A stretch of DNA of 32,000 bases from Candidatus Kuenenia stuttgartensis (GCF_900232105.1 NZ_LT934425.1:2730001-2762000), one strand, 5' to 3'; counted from the first letter of the stretch, positions 7,960-18,410 are shown. The notes: generated by a model not told the origin, from the sequence alone. Program-made: numbers and translations.

Positions 7960-10955
7960 ATGACATCTGAAAGACAAATAGAAGAACTTTAATCAATAAT
8001 CTTAAAGACCTTAAATACACATACCGCGATGATATTCTGGATAAGGTCTCGCTTGAAGCAAATTTCAGAGAGCACTTTCAAAGACTCAATAAAGTAAATC
8101 TGAATGATTCTGAATTTGCACGACTTAGAGACGAAATTATTACTGCTGATGTATTCACAGCAGCAAAAACATTGCGTGAAATAAATACTTTTCGCAGAGA
8201 TGATGATACACCCCTGCAATATACCCTGGTTAATATCAAGGACTGGTGCAAAAACGAGTTCGAAGTCATCAATCAACTACGAATAAATACTGAAAATAGT
8301 CATCATCGTTATGATGTCATCTTACTGATTAATGGTGTTCCGGCTGTTCAAATTGAGCTTAAAACTCTTCAGGTAAAACCCAAAAGGGCGATGGAGCAGA
8401 TTGTTGAATACAAAAACGACCCCGGAAATGGTTTTACTAATTCACTTCTCTGTTTTATGCAACTTTTTATTGTCAGTAACGAAAACAATACTTATTACTT
8501 CGCTAATAACCATAAAGACCATTTTGCTTTCAATGCGGATGAAAGATTTTTGCCCATCTATCAGTTAGCTGATGAAGCCAATAAGAAAATCACCCATTTG
8601 CATGATTTCGCCGAAAGGTTTCTTGCAAAATGTACACTGGGACAAATGATCAGCCGTTATATGGTACTAGTGGTTAGCGAACAGAAATTAATGATCATGC
8701 GGCCGTATCAAATTTACGCTGTCAAAGCTATTGTGGACTGTATTCATCAAAACAGAGGAAATGGCTACATCTGGCACACCACCGGAAGTGGAAAAACCCT
8801 TACATCTTTCAAGGCATCAACACTTCTAAAAGATAATCCCGATATTGAAAAATGCTTATTCGTGGTTGACTGCAAAGACCTCGATAAACAGACCCGAGAT
8901 GAGTTCAACAAGTTTCAGGAAGGTTGTGTTGAAGAAAACACCAATACGGAAACACTGGTACAGCGGTTGTTATCAGAAGACTATGCTGATAAAGTGATTG
9001 TTACCACTATCCAGAAACTTGGTCTTGCCCTTGATGAAAACAGTAAAAGAAACCAAAACAGTAAGCAAAAAGGCAGACTGACCTTTAAAGAAAGGTTAAT
9101 GCCGCTTCGTGATAAAAGGATTGTCATTATTTTTGATGAATGCCACCGCGCACAGTTTGGCGATAATCATAAAGCCATCAAAGAGTTCTTCCCCAAAGCA
9201 CAGCTTTTCGGTTTTACCGGAACGCCTATATTTGAGGAAAACGCAACTTATAAACAAGTGGATGGTACCGTAGGCTCTTACAAGACAACCAAAGATATTT
9301 TTGAAAAACAACTGCACGTTTACACCATTACTCACGCCATTGACGATGGCAATGTCCTTCGTTTCCATGTGGATTATTTCAAGCCGGATAGCAAGAAAAA
9401 GGTTAAAACAGCAGATACCATCAGTAAAAAAGCCGTTGTGGATTCGATTCTTGACAAACATGACTCTGCCACTAATGCAAGACGATTCAACGCATTATTG
9501 GCGACAGGCTCAATAAATGACGCTATAGAGTATCATGAACTCTTCAAAGAGATACAAAAAAAGCGTGTACAAGAGAATGAAGATTTTACGCCATTAAATG
9601 TTGCCTGTGTCTTCTCACCTCCTGCCGAAGGAAATAAAGATGTCCAGCAGATTCAGGAGGATTTGCCGCAGGAAAAAGCGGACAACGAACAAGAACCGGA
9701 TAAAAAGAAAGAAGCTCTAAAAGCAATTATTGTTGATTATAACAAGCAATACGGGACAAACCATCGTATTTATGACTTTGATTTGTACTATCAGGATGTA
9801 CAGAAGAGAATCAAAGACCACAAGTATAGCAATGCCGATTATCCGCATAAAAACAAGATCGATTTGGTTATCGTTGTCGATATGCTGTTAACCGGCTTTG
9901 ACTCAAAGTATCTGAATACCCTTTATGTTGATAAAAATTTAAAGCAACATGGATTAATACAGGTTTTTTCTAGAACAAACCGGGTGTTGAATGACACAAA
10001 ACCCTATGGAAATATCCTTGATTTTAGAATGCAAACCAAAGAGGTCGATGAGGCCATCGCACTCTTTTGCGGTCAGGGTACAGAACGGGCTAAAGAAATA
10101 TGGTTGGTTGACCCGGCTCCTGAAGTAATTGAAAAATACAAAAAAGCAGTAGCCGCATTAGGTGATTTTATGCAAGCAAGCGATTTGGTATGCGAACCAC
10201 AAGAAGTTTATAATCTTAAAGGAGATACTGCGCGAATTAACTTCATTAACCGCTTTAAAGAAATACAACGTGTGAAAACTCAGTTAGACCAATACACCGA
10301 TCTAACACCTGAACAAAAAGCGCATATTGAAACACTTATTCCCGAAGACCAATTACGTTCGTTCAGGAGCTCTTATTTAGAAACAGCCAAACAGTTAAAA
10401 GAAAGACAGCAAAAAGAAGGAATCAATGCAGATCCCTCTGTGCAGCAACTGGATTTTGAATTTGTACTGTTTGCCTCTGCTGTAATAGACTACGATTACA
10501 TTATGAAGCTGATTTCCCGTTTCACACAAAACAAGCCGGGCAAACAGAAAATGACACGGGAGCAACTCATCGACCTGCTTAGCTCAAGCGCCAATTTGAT
10601 AGATGAACGTGAGGATATTGTGGCGTATATTAATAGTTTGGAAGTGGGTAAGGGTTTAGACGAAAAGGAAATAAAAGAAGGTTATCAGAAATTTAAAACT
10701 GAAAATGCCGAAAAAGACATGGCGGAGGCAGCCTGCAAGCATGGGCTAGAGCCGGAAGCATTACAATCATTTGTAGATGCAATTATTGACCGAATGGTTT
10801 TTGACGGCGAAAAACTCAGCGATCTGATGGAACCACTTGGATTGAGTTGGAAAGACAGAACAAAAAACGAACTGGAATTGATGGAAGATTTAATACCGTT
10901 GTTGAAAAAACTTGCCGGTGGGCGCGAGATTGCTGGGTTGACAGCGTATGAGTAA
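7960..10955 (+). pseudogene. hsdR: Type I restriction enzyme subunit R, frameshifted near the 5' end
   Basis: 927-aa ORF with the helicase/translocase signature IWHTTGSGKTLTSFKA, FDECHRAQFG, FGFTGTPIF, VVDMLLTGFDSKYLNTLYVDK. Upstream ATG 7960 reads MTSERQIEEL then TAA. One extra T near 7987-7990 would join it to LINNLKDLKYTYRDDILDKVSLEANFREHFQRLN... Confidence 0.9.
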
Positions 10956-11844
10956 TCAATTATCAATAGAAAAAATAATATACACAATCCGAGACTTTCA
11001 GGTGATGCTTGATCGTGATCTTGCCGTACTGTATGACGTGGAGACAAGGGCTATCAATCAGGCAGTGAAGCGGAATATGGGCAGATTCCCTACTGAATTT
11101 TGTTTTCAGCTATCGGATGAAGAATTTGAAAATTGGAAATCACAGATTGTGATTTCCAATGAGGATAAGATGGGACTCAGAAGACCGCCATACGCCTTCA
11201 CAGAGCAAGGCGTGGCAATGCTATCGGCAGTCTTACGGAGCGAAACTGCCGTAAAAGTAAGCGTCAATATTATGAAAGCCTTTATAGCGATGAGACGATT
11301 TTTGACGGAGAACGCTTATATATTTAAACGCATAGATACTATTGAGCAAAAACAAATAAGAACAGATAGTAAAGTCGATGAAAACAGTAAAAAAATTGAA
11401 ACTGTTTTGAATGCAATAGAAGCGAAAGCGTTACCGCAACGGCAGGGCATTTTTTATGAAGGTCAAGTATTTGATGCTTATACATTTGTGTCTGATTTGA
11501 TACGCTCGGCAAAGTCTTCGATTATCCTTATCGACAATTATATTGACGAATCAATACTTACTTTTTTCACAAAAAAGAAGCGAGATGTTACGGTTACAAT
11601 CTATACAAAAAAAATCTTAAAACAATTCGCCTTGGATATAAAAAAATTTAACGAACAGTATCCTTTACTTTCAGTTAAAGAGTTCTCCAAATCACACGAT
11701 AGATTTCTCATAATAGATGAAGATGCTATTTATCACATCGGTGCTTCACTGAAAGATCTGGGGAAAAAATGGTTCGCATTTTCCAAAATGGAATTCTCAG
11801 TGGCGGAAATGCTGATGAAAATTAAAGGACAAGAAGAGAAATGA
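10948..11844 (+). CDS. ORF6N-domain protein with C-terminal PLD-like domain
   Basis: N-terminus IIYTIRDFQVMLDRDLAVLYDVETRAINQAVKRNMGRFPTEFCFQL...RRPPYAFTEQGVAMLSAVLRS is ORF6N; C-terminal SHDRFLIIDEDAIYHIGASLKDLGKKWF is HKD-like. Confidence 0.88.
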   Translation: MSNQLSIEKIIYTIRDFQVMLDRDLAVLYDVETRAINQAVKRNMGRFPTEFCFQLSDEEFENWKSQIVISNEDKMGLRRPPYAFTEQGVAMLSAVLRSETAVKVSVNIMKAFIAMRRFLTENAYIFKRIDTIEQKQIRTDSKVDENSKKIETVLNAIEAKALPQRQGIFYEGQVFDAYTFVSDLIRSAKSSIILIDNYIDESILTFFTKKKRDVTVTIYTKKILKQFALDIKKFNEQYPLLSVKEFSKSHDRFLIIDEDAIYHIGASLKDLGKKWFAFSKMEFSVAEMLMKIKGQEEK

Positions 11845-11849
11845 ACCAC

Positions 11850-12215
11850 GAAAAATGGCGTTGAATATTGGCTGGCACGTGATTTACAGCACTTGCTGGG
11901 ATATACCAAATGGGACAATTTTTTGAATGTAATCTCCAAGGCGAAAACAGCCTGTGAAGTCTCCGGGCATGAAATCCAAGACCATTTTGCCGACGTCGGG
12001 AAAATGGTTGATCTGGGGTCGGGCAGCCAGCGGGAAATTAACGATATCATGCTTACCCGCTATGCCTGTTATCTGATTGCTCAGAACGGAGACCCTGCCA
12101 AACAGGAGATTGCCTTCGCTCAGACCTATTTTGCTATGCAGACACGCAAGGCGGAATTGATTGAGCAACGCTTACTTGAATCCGAGAGGGTATCAGCCCG
12201 AAAAAAGCACCAAAT
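11850..12215 (+). pseudogene. dinD-like fragment truncated at both ends
   Basis: Encodes EYWLARDLQHLLGYTKWDNFLNVISKAKTACEVSGH...LLESERVSARKK, closely paralogous to the intact copy at 14483-15328; lacks its N-terminal start and the last ~130 aa. Confidence 0.85.
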
Positions 12216-12280
12216 AAGAGAACACAGCGCTCTCGTGGTTAACGGGTAGCAAATTAAAAGTTTTATTGAGGTTTGATATT

Positions 12281-12556
12281 ATGGCTAAGATCAATGTATT
12301 AGATAAAGAAATCGCAATATATTCTTACAATGATGATGACTACATTTCTTTAACGGATATGGTTAAAAACATTGAAAACGGACTTTCTCTGATTGAAAAA
12401 TGGCTCCGCAATAAAAACACTATCGAATTTATGGGAATTTGGGAAGAAATGTATAACCCGGATTTTAAATCCACCGAATTCGAGGGAATTAAAAATCAGG
12501 CAGGCTTGAACAGGTTTGTTTTATCTGTGAAACAGTGGGTAGAAAAAGAGGAATGA
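12281..12556 (+). pseudogene. KilA-N domain protein fragment, 3'-truncated
   Basis: MAKINVLDKEIAIYSYNDDDYISLTDMVKNIENGLSLIEKWLRNKNTIEFMGIWEEMYNPDFKSTEFEGIKNQAGLNRFVLSVKQWVEKEE resembles the KilA-N N-terminus, ending early at a junction motif. Confidence 0.7.
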
Positions 12557-12672
12557 ACCACGGAAGACCTAGCGCGGCCTTTGGCCGCAACCAAAAAGGT
12601 GATTTTTAGTTTATTATAAAGTATAGTAGTATCCTCGTAAATAGTAATCAGACAATTTGGAGGACACTACTT

Positions 12673-14229
12673 ATGAATAAGTTGATGGAATTATATCGAG
12701 ACAGGATCGTGGGTGCAATAAGCGGTCTGTACAGGATTCGTTTTCGCGGGACATTGCGGTGGTTGGCCAGTGAGCGTGGGATGGGAACATTCATGAACCA
12801 AGCGAGAATTCTGCTTAAGGATTTTTCCGGTTGGGTCAATGGGCTTACGGCACAGGTGCGAGACAGTTGTGAATCGCGGGCGAAAGATTTGGGTATCGAG
12901 GTGCGGTATTTGATGAGCAGCGGTGTTGATAAGGAGAAGTTGGCTCGCCAGATCGCGGCGGATAAGAGGATTACGGAAGGTTCCATCTGCCTGTTGAGTG
13001 TGGTAGAGCCTTGTATTGCGCCGATGGTCAAGGGCAACAAGGCCAGCAAGAAGCTCGAGTTGGTAATGGCGCCCCGCAAGTGTGTCTTTGTGTATCATTA
13101 TTTTAATGATCCAGTGTTTGGTTTTGGTCATGTTCGTATCCAGAGTTGGGCGCCGTTTAATATTTTCATTTGTCTCAATGGTCGTCATTGGCTGGAGCGG
13201 CAACTTCAGAAGCAAGGTATTGATTATGTTAAGGACGGCAACTGTTTTGTGCGTATAGAGGATATTGCGGCTGCGCAGGTTCTGCTCCATGAGCAGCTTA
13301 AGACTGACTGGGCGAAGCTGCTGAACGGGCTTGCGTTAGGCAGTTGCCCGGCATTGTCGCAGATTCTTCGTCCGTTGGAACCGGAGTATTACTGGTCTGC
13401 GGATGAGACGGAGTGGGCGACGGACATCATGTTTAAATCGGTTGAGGCATTGGAGGAGTTGTTTCCATCGTTTGTTCATCATGCGATGCGGGTTTGCGAC
13501 AGTTCTTCGGTGATGAAGTATTTGGGTAGGCGTAACCTTGCAGGCGCTGCCCCTGATGAGGTTATCAGCGACTATCGAAGACGCTATGAAGGTATACGGG
13601 TCAAGCACAGTGTGAATTATAATTCAGTGAAGATGTATAACAAGAGCGGTAGTCTCTTGCGTATTGAGACAACGATCAATAATACGCGGGACTTTAAGGT
13701 CTTTCGGAGTCCCAATGATGATGAAGGCAAACCGGCGTCATGGCAGAAGATGCGTAAGGGCGTAAGCGATCTTCATCGACGGTGTGAGGTGAGCCAACAA
13801 TGCAATGATCGTTATGGGGATGCTTTGGCGGCGGCTCAGGTAGAGGAGAAACTGAAAGAAGTGGTGAGCAGCGCTTGTAACAAGGTTGTCAAAGAGGGCA
13901 AGAGGTATCGAGGTTTGAATCCCTGGCAGCAGGATGATTACCAGATGCTGATGTTCCTGTCCAAAGGCGAAAACGCGATAAATGGATTCCGCAACCATGA
14001 TTTGCGTAAGTGGCTTTACCGGGAATCCGAACAATCCGGCAAGGATCAGCAAAAGAAATATTCCGGACGAACGACCCGACGGATAAAGATGCTGCGGGCA
14101 CACGGTCTAATCCGCAAAGTTCCGAGGGCCAACCGCTATGTTTTGACGGAGAAAGGCCAGAAGTTCTCTTGTTCACTGATGACCGCTTCAGCCCTTGATA
14201 TTAAAGCACTTACGGAAATGGCGGCATGA
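12673..14229 (+). CDS. 518-aa protein of unknown function, winged-helix-like C-terminus
   Basis: Long high-quality ORF with its own leader (TTTGGAGGACACTACTT-ATG). C-terminus HDLRKWLYRE...SGRTTRRIKMLRAHGLIRKVPRANRYVLTEKGQKF resembles a winged helix. Sits between paralogous flanks (see findings). Confidence 0.75.
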   Translation: MNKLMELYRDRIVGAISGLYRIRFRGTLRWLASERGMGTFMNQARILLKDFSGWVNGLTAQVRDSCESRAKDLGIEVRYLMSSGVDKEKLARQIAADKRITEGSICLLSVVEPCIAPMVKGNKASKKLELVMAPRKCVFVYHYFNDPVFGFGHVRIQSWAPFNIFICLNGRHWLERQLQKQGIDYVKDGNCFVRIEDIAAAQVLLHEQLKTDWAKLLNGLALGSCPALSQILRPLEPEYYWSADETEWATDIMFKSVEALEELFPSFVHHAMRVCDSSSVMKYLGRRNLAGAAPDEVISDYRRRYEGIRVKHSVNYNSVKMYNKSGSLLRIETTINNTRDFKVFRSPNDDEGKPASWQKMRKGVSDLHRRCEVSQQCNDRYGDALAAAQVEEKLKEVVSSACNKVVKEGKRYRGLNPWQQDDYQMLMFLSKGENAINGFRNHDLRKWLYRESEQSGKDQQKKYSGRTTRRIKMLRAHGLIRKVPRANRYVLTEKGQKFSCSLMTASALDIKALTEMAA

Positions 14230-14316
14230 AAAACACGCATAAAAAACAAGAAATTGATGGATAGTAGTACGGAATATCCAGAAAGGCTGGAAGAGAATTG
14301 AAACACGGATGCTTCG

Positions 14317-14462
14317 AGAAACTCAGCGATTTAATGGAGCCGCTGGACTTAGACTGGAAAGAGCGGACAAAAAAGGAACTGGAATTGATGGAAGATTTAA
14401 TACCACTATTAAAAAAACTTGCCGGCGGGTGCGAGATTGCGGGGTTGGGGGCGTATGAATAA
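14317..14462 (+). pseudogene. 3' remnant of a second hsdR
   Basis: ...KLSDLMEPLDLDWKERTKKELELMEDLIPLLKKLAGGCEIAGLGAYE-stop, paralogous to the last ~48 codons of the hsdR ending at 10955. Confidence 0.88.
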
Positions 14463-14482
14463 GAAAAGAGGAGTGCGATAAA

Positions 14483-15328
14483 ATGGAAAATGATTTGATT
14501 TACACAATGACCGCAACCTTTGAAGGGCATGCTCAAACAACAGAAAACGGGGTTGAATACTGGCTTGCGCGAGACTTGCAACAGTTGTTGGGCTATAACG
14601 AATGGCGTAACTTCCTCAATGTCATCACTAAGGCGAAAACAGCCTGTGATGTATCCGGACATGCCGTCGTCAACCATTTTGTTGATGTCAACAAAATGGT
14701 TGATCTGGGATCCGGCAGCAAGCGGGAAATCAGCGACATCATGCTTACCCGCTATGCCTGTTATCTGATTGCTCAGAACGGAGACCCGGCCAAACAGGAG
14801 ATTGCCTTTGCGCAGACCTATTTTGCCATGCAGACGCGCAAAGTGGAATTAATAGAACAACGCTTGCTTGAATCAGAGCGGGTTTCAGCCCGTAAAAAGC
14901 TCTCTGCCACAGAAAAGGAATTATCGGATGTGATCTATGAACAAACAGGCGGCAATCAGAATTTTGCGCTGATTCGCAGTAAAGGTGATCATGCTTTGTT
15001 CGGAAAAACCACGCAGGCCATGAAAGCCCAATGGCGGGTTCCTGACAACAGGCCTCTGGCGGATTTTGCTCCCACGATTATTCTAAAAGCCAAGGATTTC
15101 GCAACGGAAATCACCATCCACAATGCCCGTGAAAACAAGATGAAAAATGAGTCTGAAATATCTGGCGAGCATGTGACCAACAATAGGGCAGTGCGGGACA
15201 CCCTGCTGAATCGAGGCATCCGTCCGGAAAGCCTGCCACCGGCTGAAGATGACAAAAAGGTAGAGCGCCGTCTGGATACGGCTCAGAAGAAAACAATCAA
15301 AAACCCTGATAGACTGGAAGAATTATGA
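14483..15328 (+). CDS. dinD: DinD-like (DNA-damage-inducible protein D / BRO-N-like antirepressor family) protein
   Basis: 281 aa: FEGHAQTTENGVEYWLARDLQQLLGYNEWRNFLNVITKAKTAC...YAIAQNGD-like DinD core and IRSKGDHALFGKTTQAMKAQW, NRAVRDTLLNRGIRPESLPPAED. Confidence 0.9.
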   Translation: MENDLIYTMTATFEGHAQTTENGVEYWLARDLQQLLGYNEWRNFLNVITKAKTACDVSGHAVVNHFVDVNKMVDLGSGSKREISDIMLTRYACYLIAQNGDPAKQEIAFAQTYFAMQTRKVELIEQRLLESERVSARKKLSATEKELSDVIYEQTGGNQNFALIRSKGDHALFGKTTQAMKAQWRVPDNRPLADFAPTIILKAKDFATEITIHNARENKMKNESEISGEHVTNNRAVRDTLLNRGIRPESLPPAEDDKKVERRLDTAQKKTIKNPDRLEEL

Positions 15329-16539
15329 ATCACAAAAGGCACGAAAAGCACGAAAAAAAACAATTGGTGCCAAAGCTGAGATTTCCTGAGTTTCGGGATA
15401 AGGGGGAGTGGCAAGAAAATGAACTGAAGCAGTTTTTAACAGAAAGTCGCATCTTGGGTAGCAAGGGAAATACTGCAAAGAAAATCACAGTAAAACTTTG
15501 GGGAAAAGGCGTTTTTGAGAAGAACGATGAAATCCAAGGTAGCATCAATACGCAATATTACCGAAGAACAACAGGTCAGTTCATTTATAGCAAACTTGAT
15601 TTTCTCAATCAGGCATTTGGTCTTATTCCTGAACACTTAGACAGTTATGAATCCACCGTTGATCTTCCATGTTTCGATATAAGCCAAGGTATCAGTCCTG
15701 TTTTTTTGCTTGAATATGTAAAGCGAAAAGATTTTTACGAAAAACTAGGTGAAACAGCAGATGGTAGTAGAAAAGCAAGGCGAATACACGCTGATACGTT
15801 TCTATCTTTTCCTATCTTTATGCCTTCGCCTCAAGAACAACAAAAAATCGTCGATTGCCTCACCACCTTCGATGAACTCATCACCGCCGAAGCCGGGAAG
15901 CTCGAAGCCTACAAAGCCCATAAAAAAGGGCTGATGCAAAAGCTCTTCCCTGCCGAAGGGGAAACCATGCCGGAATGGCGGTTCCCTGAGTTTCGGGGTA
16001 AGGGGGAGTGGGAGCATTATGTAATTAACGATATTGCAAAGGTTACTACAGGGAATAAAGACACTCAAAATAAATTTGATGATGGAGAATATCCATTTTT
16101 TGTAAGATCACAAACTGTTGAGAGAATAAACTCTTATTCGTATGATGGCGAAGCAATATTAACTTCCGGTGATGGTGTCGGTGTTGGCAAAAATTTTCAT
16201 TACATTATTGGAAAGTTTGACTTTCATCAAAGGGTTTATTGTATATATGATTTTGAAAAAACTGTTTCAGGACATTTTGTTTATCATTATTTTACTGAGC
16301 ATTTTTACAAAAGAGTAATGCAATTAAGTGCTAAAAATTCCGTTGATTCAGTAAGAATGGCAATGATTACAGAAATGCCTATTAGCTTGCCAAGCAATGA
16401 AGAACAACAGAAAATTACAACTTGCCTCTCTGCCCTCGATAACCTCATCACCGCCCAGTCTAAGAAAATCGACACCCTCAAAATCCATAAAAAAGGCTTG
16501 ATGCAGGGGCTTTTCCCGTCTGCTGAGGTGAATATATGA
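15325..16539 (+). CDS. hsdS: Type I restriction-modification specificity subunit
   Basis: 404 aa, two target-recognition regions each followed by the conserved helix: LPSPQEQQKIVDCLTTFDELITAEAGKLEAYKAHKKGLMQKLFP and LPSNEEQQKITTCLSALDNLITAQSKKIDTLKIHKKGLMQGLFPS. Confidence 0.95.
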   Translation: MNHKRHEKHEKKQLVPKLRFPEFRDKGEWQENELKQFLTESRILGSKGNTAKKITVKLWGKGVFEKNDEIQGSINTQYYRRTTGQFIYSKLDFLNQAFGLIPEHLDSYESTVDLPCFDISQGISPVFLLEYVKRKDFYEKLGETADGSRKARRIHADTFLSFPIFMPSPQEQQKIVDCLTTFDELITAEAGKLEAYKAHKKGLMQKLFPAEGETMPEWRFPEFRGKGEWEHYVINDIAKVTTGNKDTQNKFDDGEYPFFVRSQTVERINSYSYDGEAILTSGDGVGVGKNFHYIIGKFDFHQRVYCIYDFEKTVSGHFVYHYFTEHFYKRVMQLSAKNSVDSVRMAMITEMPISLPSNEEQQKITTCLSALDNLITAQSKKIDTLKIHKKGLMQGLFPSAEVNI

Positions 16540-16802
16540 ACCACGGAAAACTTGGCGCGGCCTTTGGCCGCAACCAAATTCAAAATACGAATATCGAAAT
16601 ACGAAACAAATTCAAATGACAAAAAACCCAATGCTCCAAACTTTACGTAATCCTCATCTAATCAATGCCTTACGGTTATGCATTTTGAAAAACGAGCATA
16701 AAAAACAAGAAGTTGATGGATAGTAGTACGGAAGGCACGGAAGAGGGAAAGAACATTCCGTGATTTCGGTGCTTTCCGTGGTTAAAAATAAGGAGTTAAA
16801 CA

Positions 16803-18410
16803 ATGAATGATACAATGCAAAAACAATTAGGTGCAACCCTCTGGAAGATTGCCGACCAACTCCGCGGCGCTATGAATGCCGATGACTTCCGCGATTATAT
16901 GCTCTCTTTCCTGTTTTTACGCTACCTTTCAGACAACTATGAAGTTGCATAAAAAAAAGAGCTTGGAAAAGATTACCCGAAGCTGAAAGAAGACGACAAA
17001 AGAACGCCCCTCTCAGTCTGGTATAAAGAAAACAAGGATGATACGGCTGTATTTGAAAAGCAGATGCGCCGTAAAATCCACTATGTAATCAAGCCCGACT
17101 ATCTCTGGCGCAGTATATACGAGCTGGCAAGAACCCAAAGCGATGACCTCCTTAAAATCTTGCAAGCCGGGTTTAAGCATGTTGAAAATGACTCCTTTGA
17201 GAGTACATTTCAGGGCTTATTTTCTGAAATCAACCTGGACTTTGAAAAACTTGGCAAAAACTATTCTTTCCGTAACGCAAAACTCTGTACGATTGTAACC
17301 AAAATCGCTGAAGGGCTTTCCGGGTTTTCTACCGAGAGTGATATTCTAGGCGATGCTTATGAATACTTAATCGGTCAATTTGCTTCCGGTTCAGGGAAAA
17401 AAGCCGGAGAGTTTTATACACCACAGCAAATTTCAACCATACTGTCCCGAATTGTTACATTGGATAGTCAAAATCCGAGTTCCGGTAAAAAGAAAAAACT
17501 TAAAAAAGTCCTCGATTTCACCTGTGGTTCAGGTTCACTTCTTTTAAATGTAAGGAAACAACTTGGTCCCAATAGTATCGGGCAGATATATGGGCAGGAA
17601 AAAAACATTACCACTTATAACCTTGCAAGAATGAATATGCTGCTCCATGGGTTAAAGGATTCTGAGTTTCAAATTCATCATGGAGATTCACTTCTCAACG
17701 ACTGGGACATATTAAATGAAATGAACCCAGCTAAAAAGCTTGAAAGTGATGCTGTGGTTGCCAATCCTCCTTTCAGTTATCGTTGGGAACCAAACGAGGC
17801 TTTAGCCGACGATTTCAGGTTTAAAAGTTATGGCCTTGCACCTAAATCCGCAGCAGACTTCGCCTTTTTGCTTTATGGTTTTCATTTTTTAAGCGATGAA
17901 GGAACCATGACAATTATTCTGCCTCATGGTGTTCTTTTTCGCGGAGGCGTTGAAGAACGAATCCGCACAAAATTACTCAAAGATGGAAATATTGATACAG
18001 TCATAGGCTTACCGGCTAATCTTTTCTTCTCAACGGGTATTCCGGTATGTATCCTCGTACTGAAAAAATGCAAAAAGTTTGACGATGTTTTATTCGTCAA
18101 TGCCAGTGAATACTTTGAAAAAGGTAAACGGCAGAATTTTCTTTCAGAAGAACACATCGATAAAATCATAGATACATATCAATACCGAAAAGAAGAAGAG
18201 CGGTATTCCCGATGCGTTTCGATGGAAGAAATAAAGAAGAACGAATACAATCTGAACATTTCGCGGTATGTGAGTACGGCAGAACAGGAAGAAGCTATTG
18301 ATATCAAAAAAGTCAATAAAGACTTAGCTGAAATTGAGAAGACGATAACCAAGGCAAAGAAAACGCATAATCAGTTTCTTAAAGAACTTGGCTTAGCAGA
18401 GTTACCATGA
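16803..18410 (+). pseudogene. hsdM: Type I restriction-modification methyltransferase subunit with an in-frame premature stop
   Basis: MNDTMQKQLGATLWKIADQLRGAMNADDFRDYMLSFLFLRYLSDNYEVA-TAA(16950-16952)-KKELGKDYPKLKEDDKRTPLSVWY... then the 448-aa ORF in the same frame, with VLDFTCGSGSLLLNV and AVVANPPFSYRW (SAM and NPPF motifs). Confidence 0.92.

Noticed and set aside
12648-14176. Antisense ORFs opposite the 518-aa ORF and similar ORFs opposite hsdR, dinD, the TonB cluster and the receptor
   Set aside because: They are shadow ORFs opposite long coding frames with no recognisable domains or plausible start context.
17064-17100. HsdM starting at MRRKIHYV (17064)
   Set aside because: The same frame upstream encodes the conserved HsdM N-terminus up to the TAA at 16950, so 17064 is an artefact of the premature stop.
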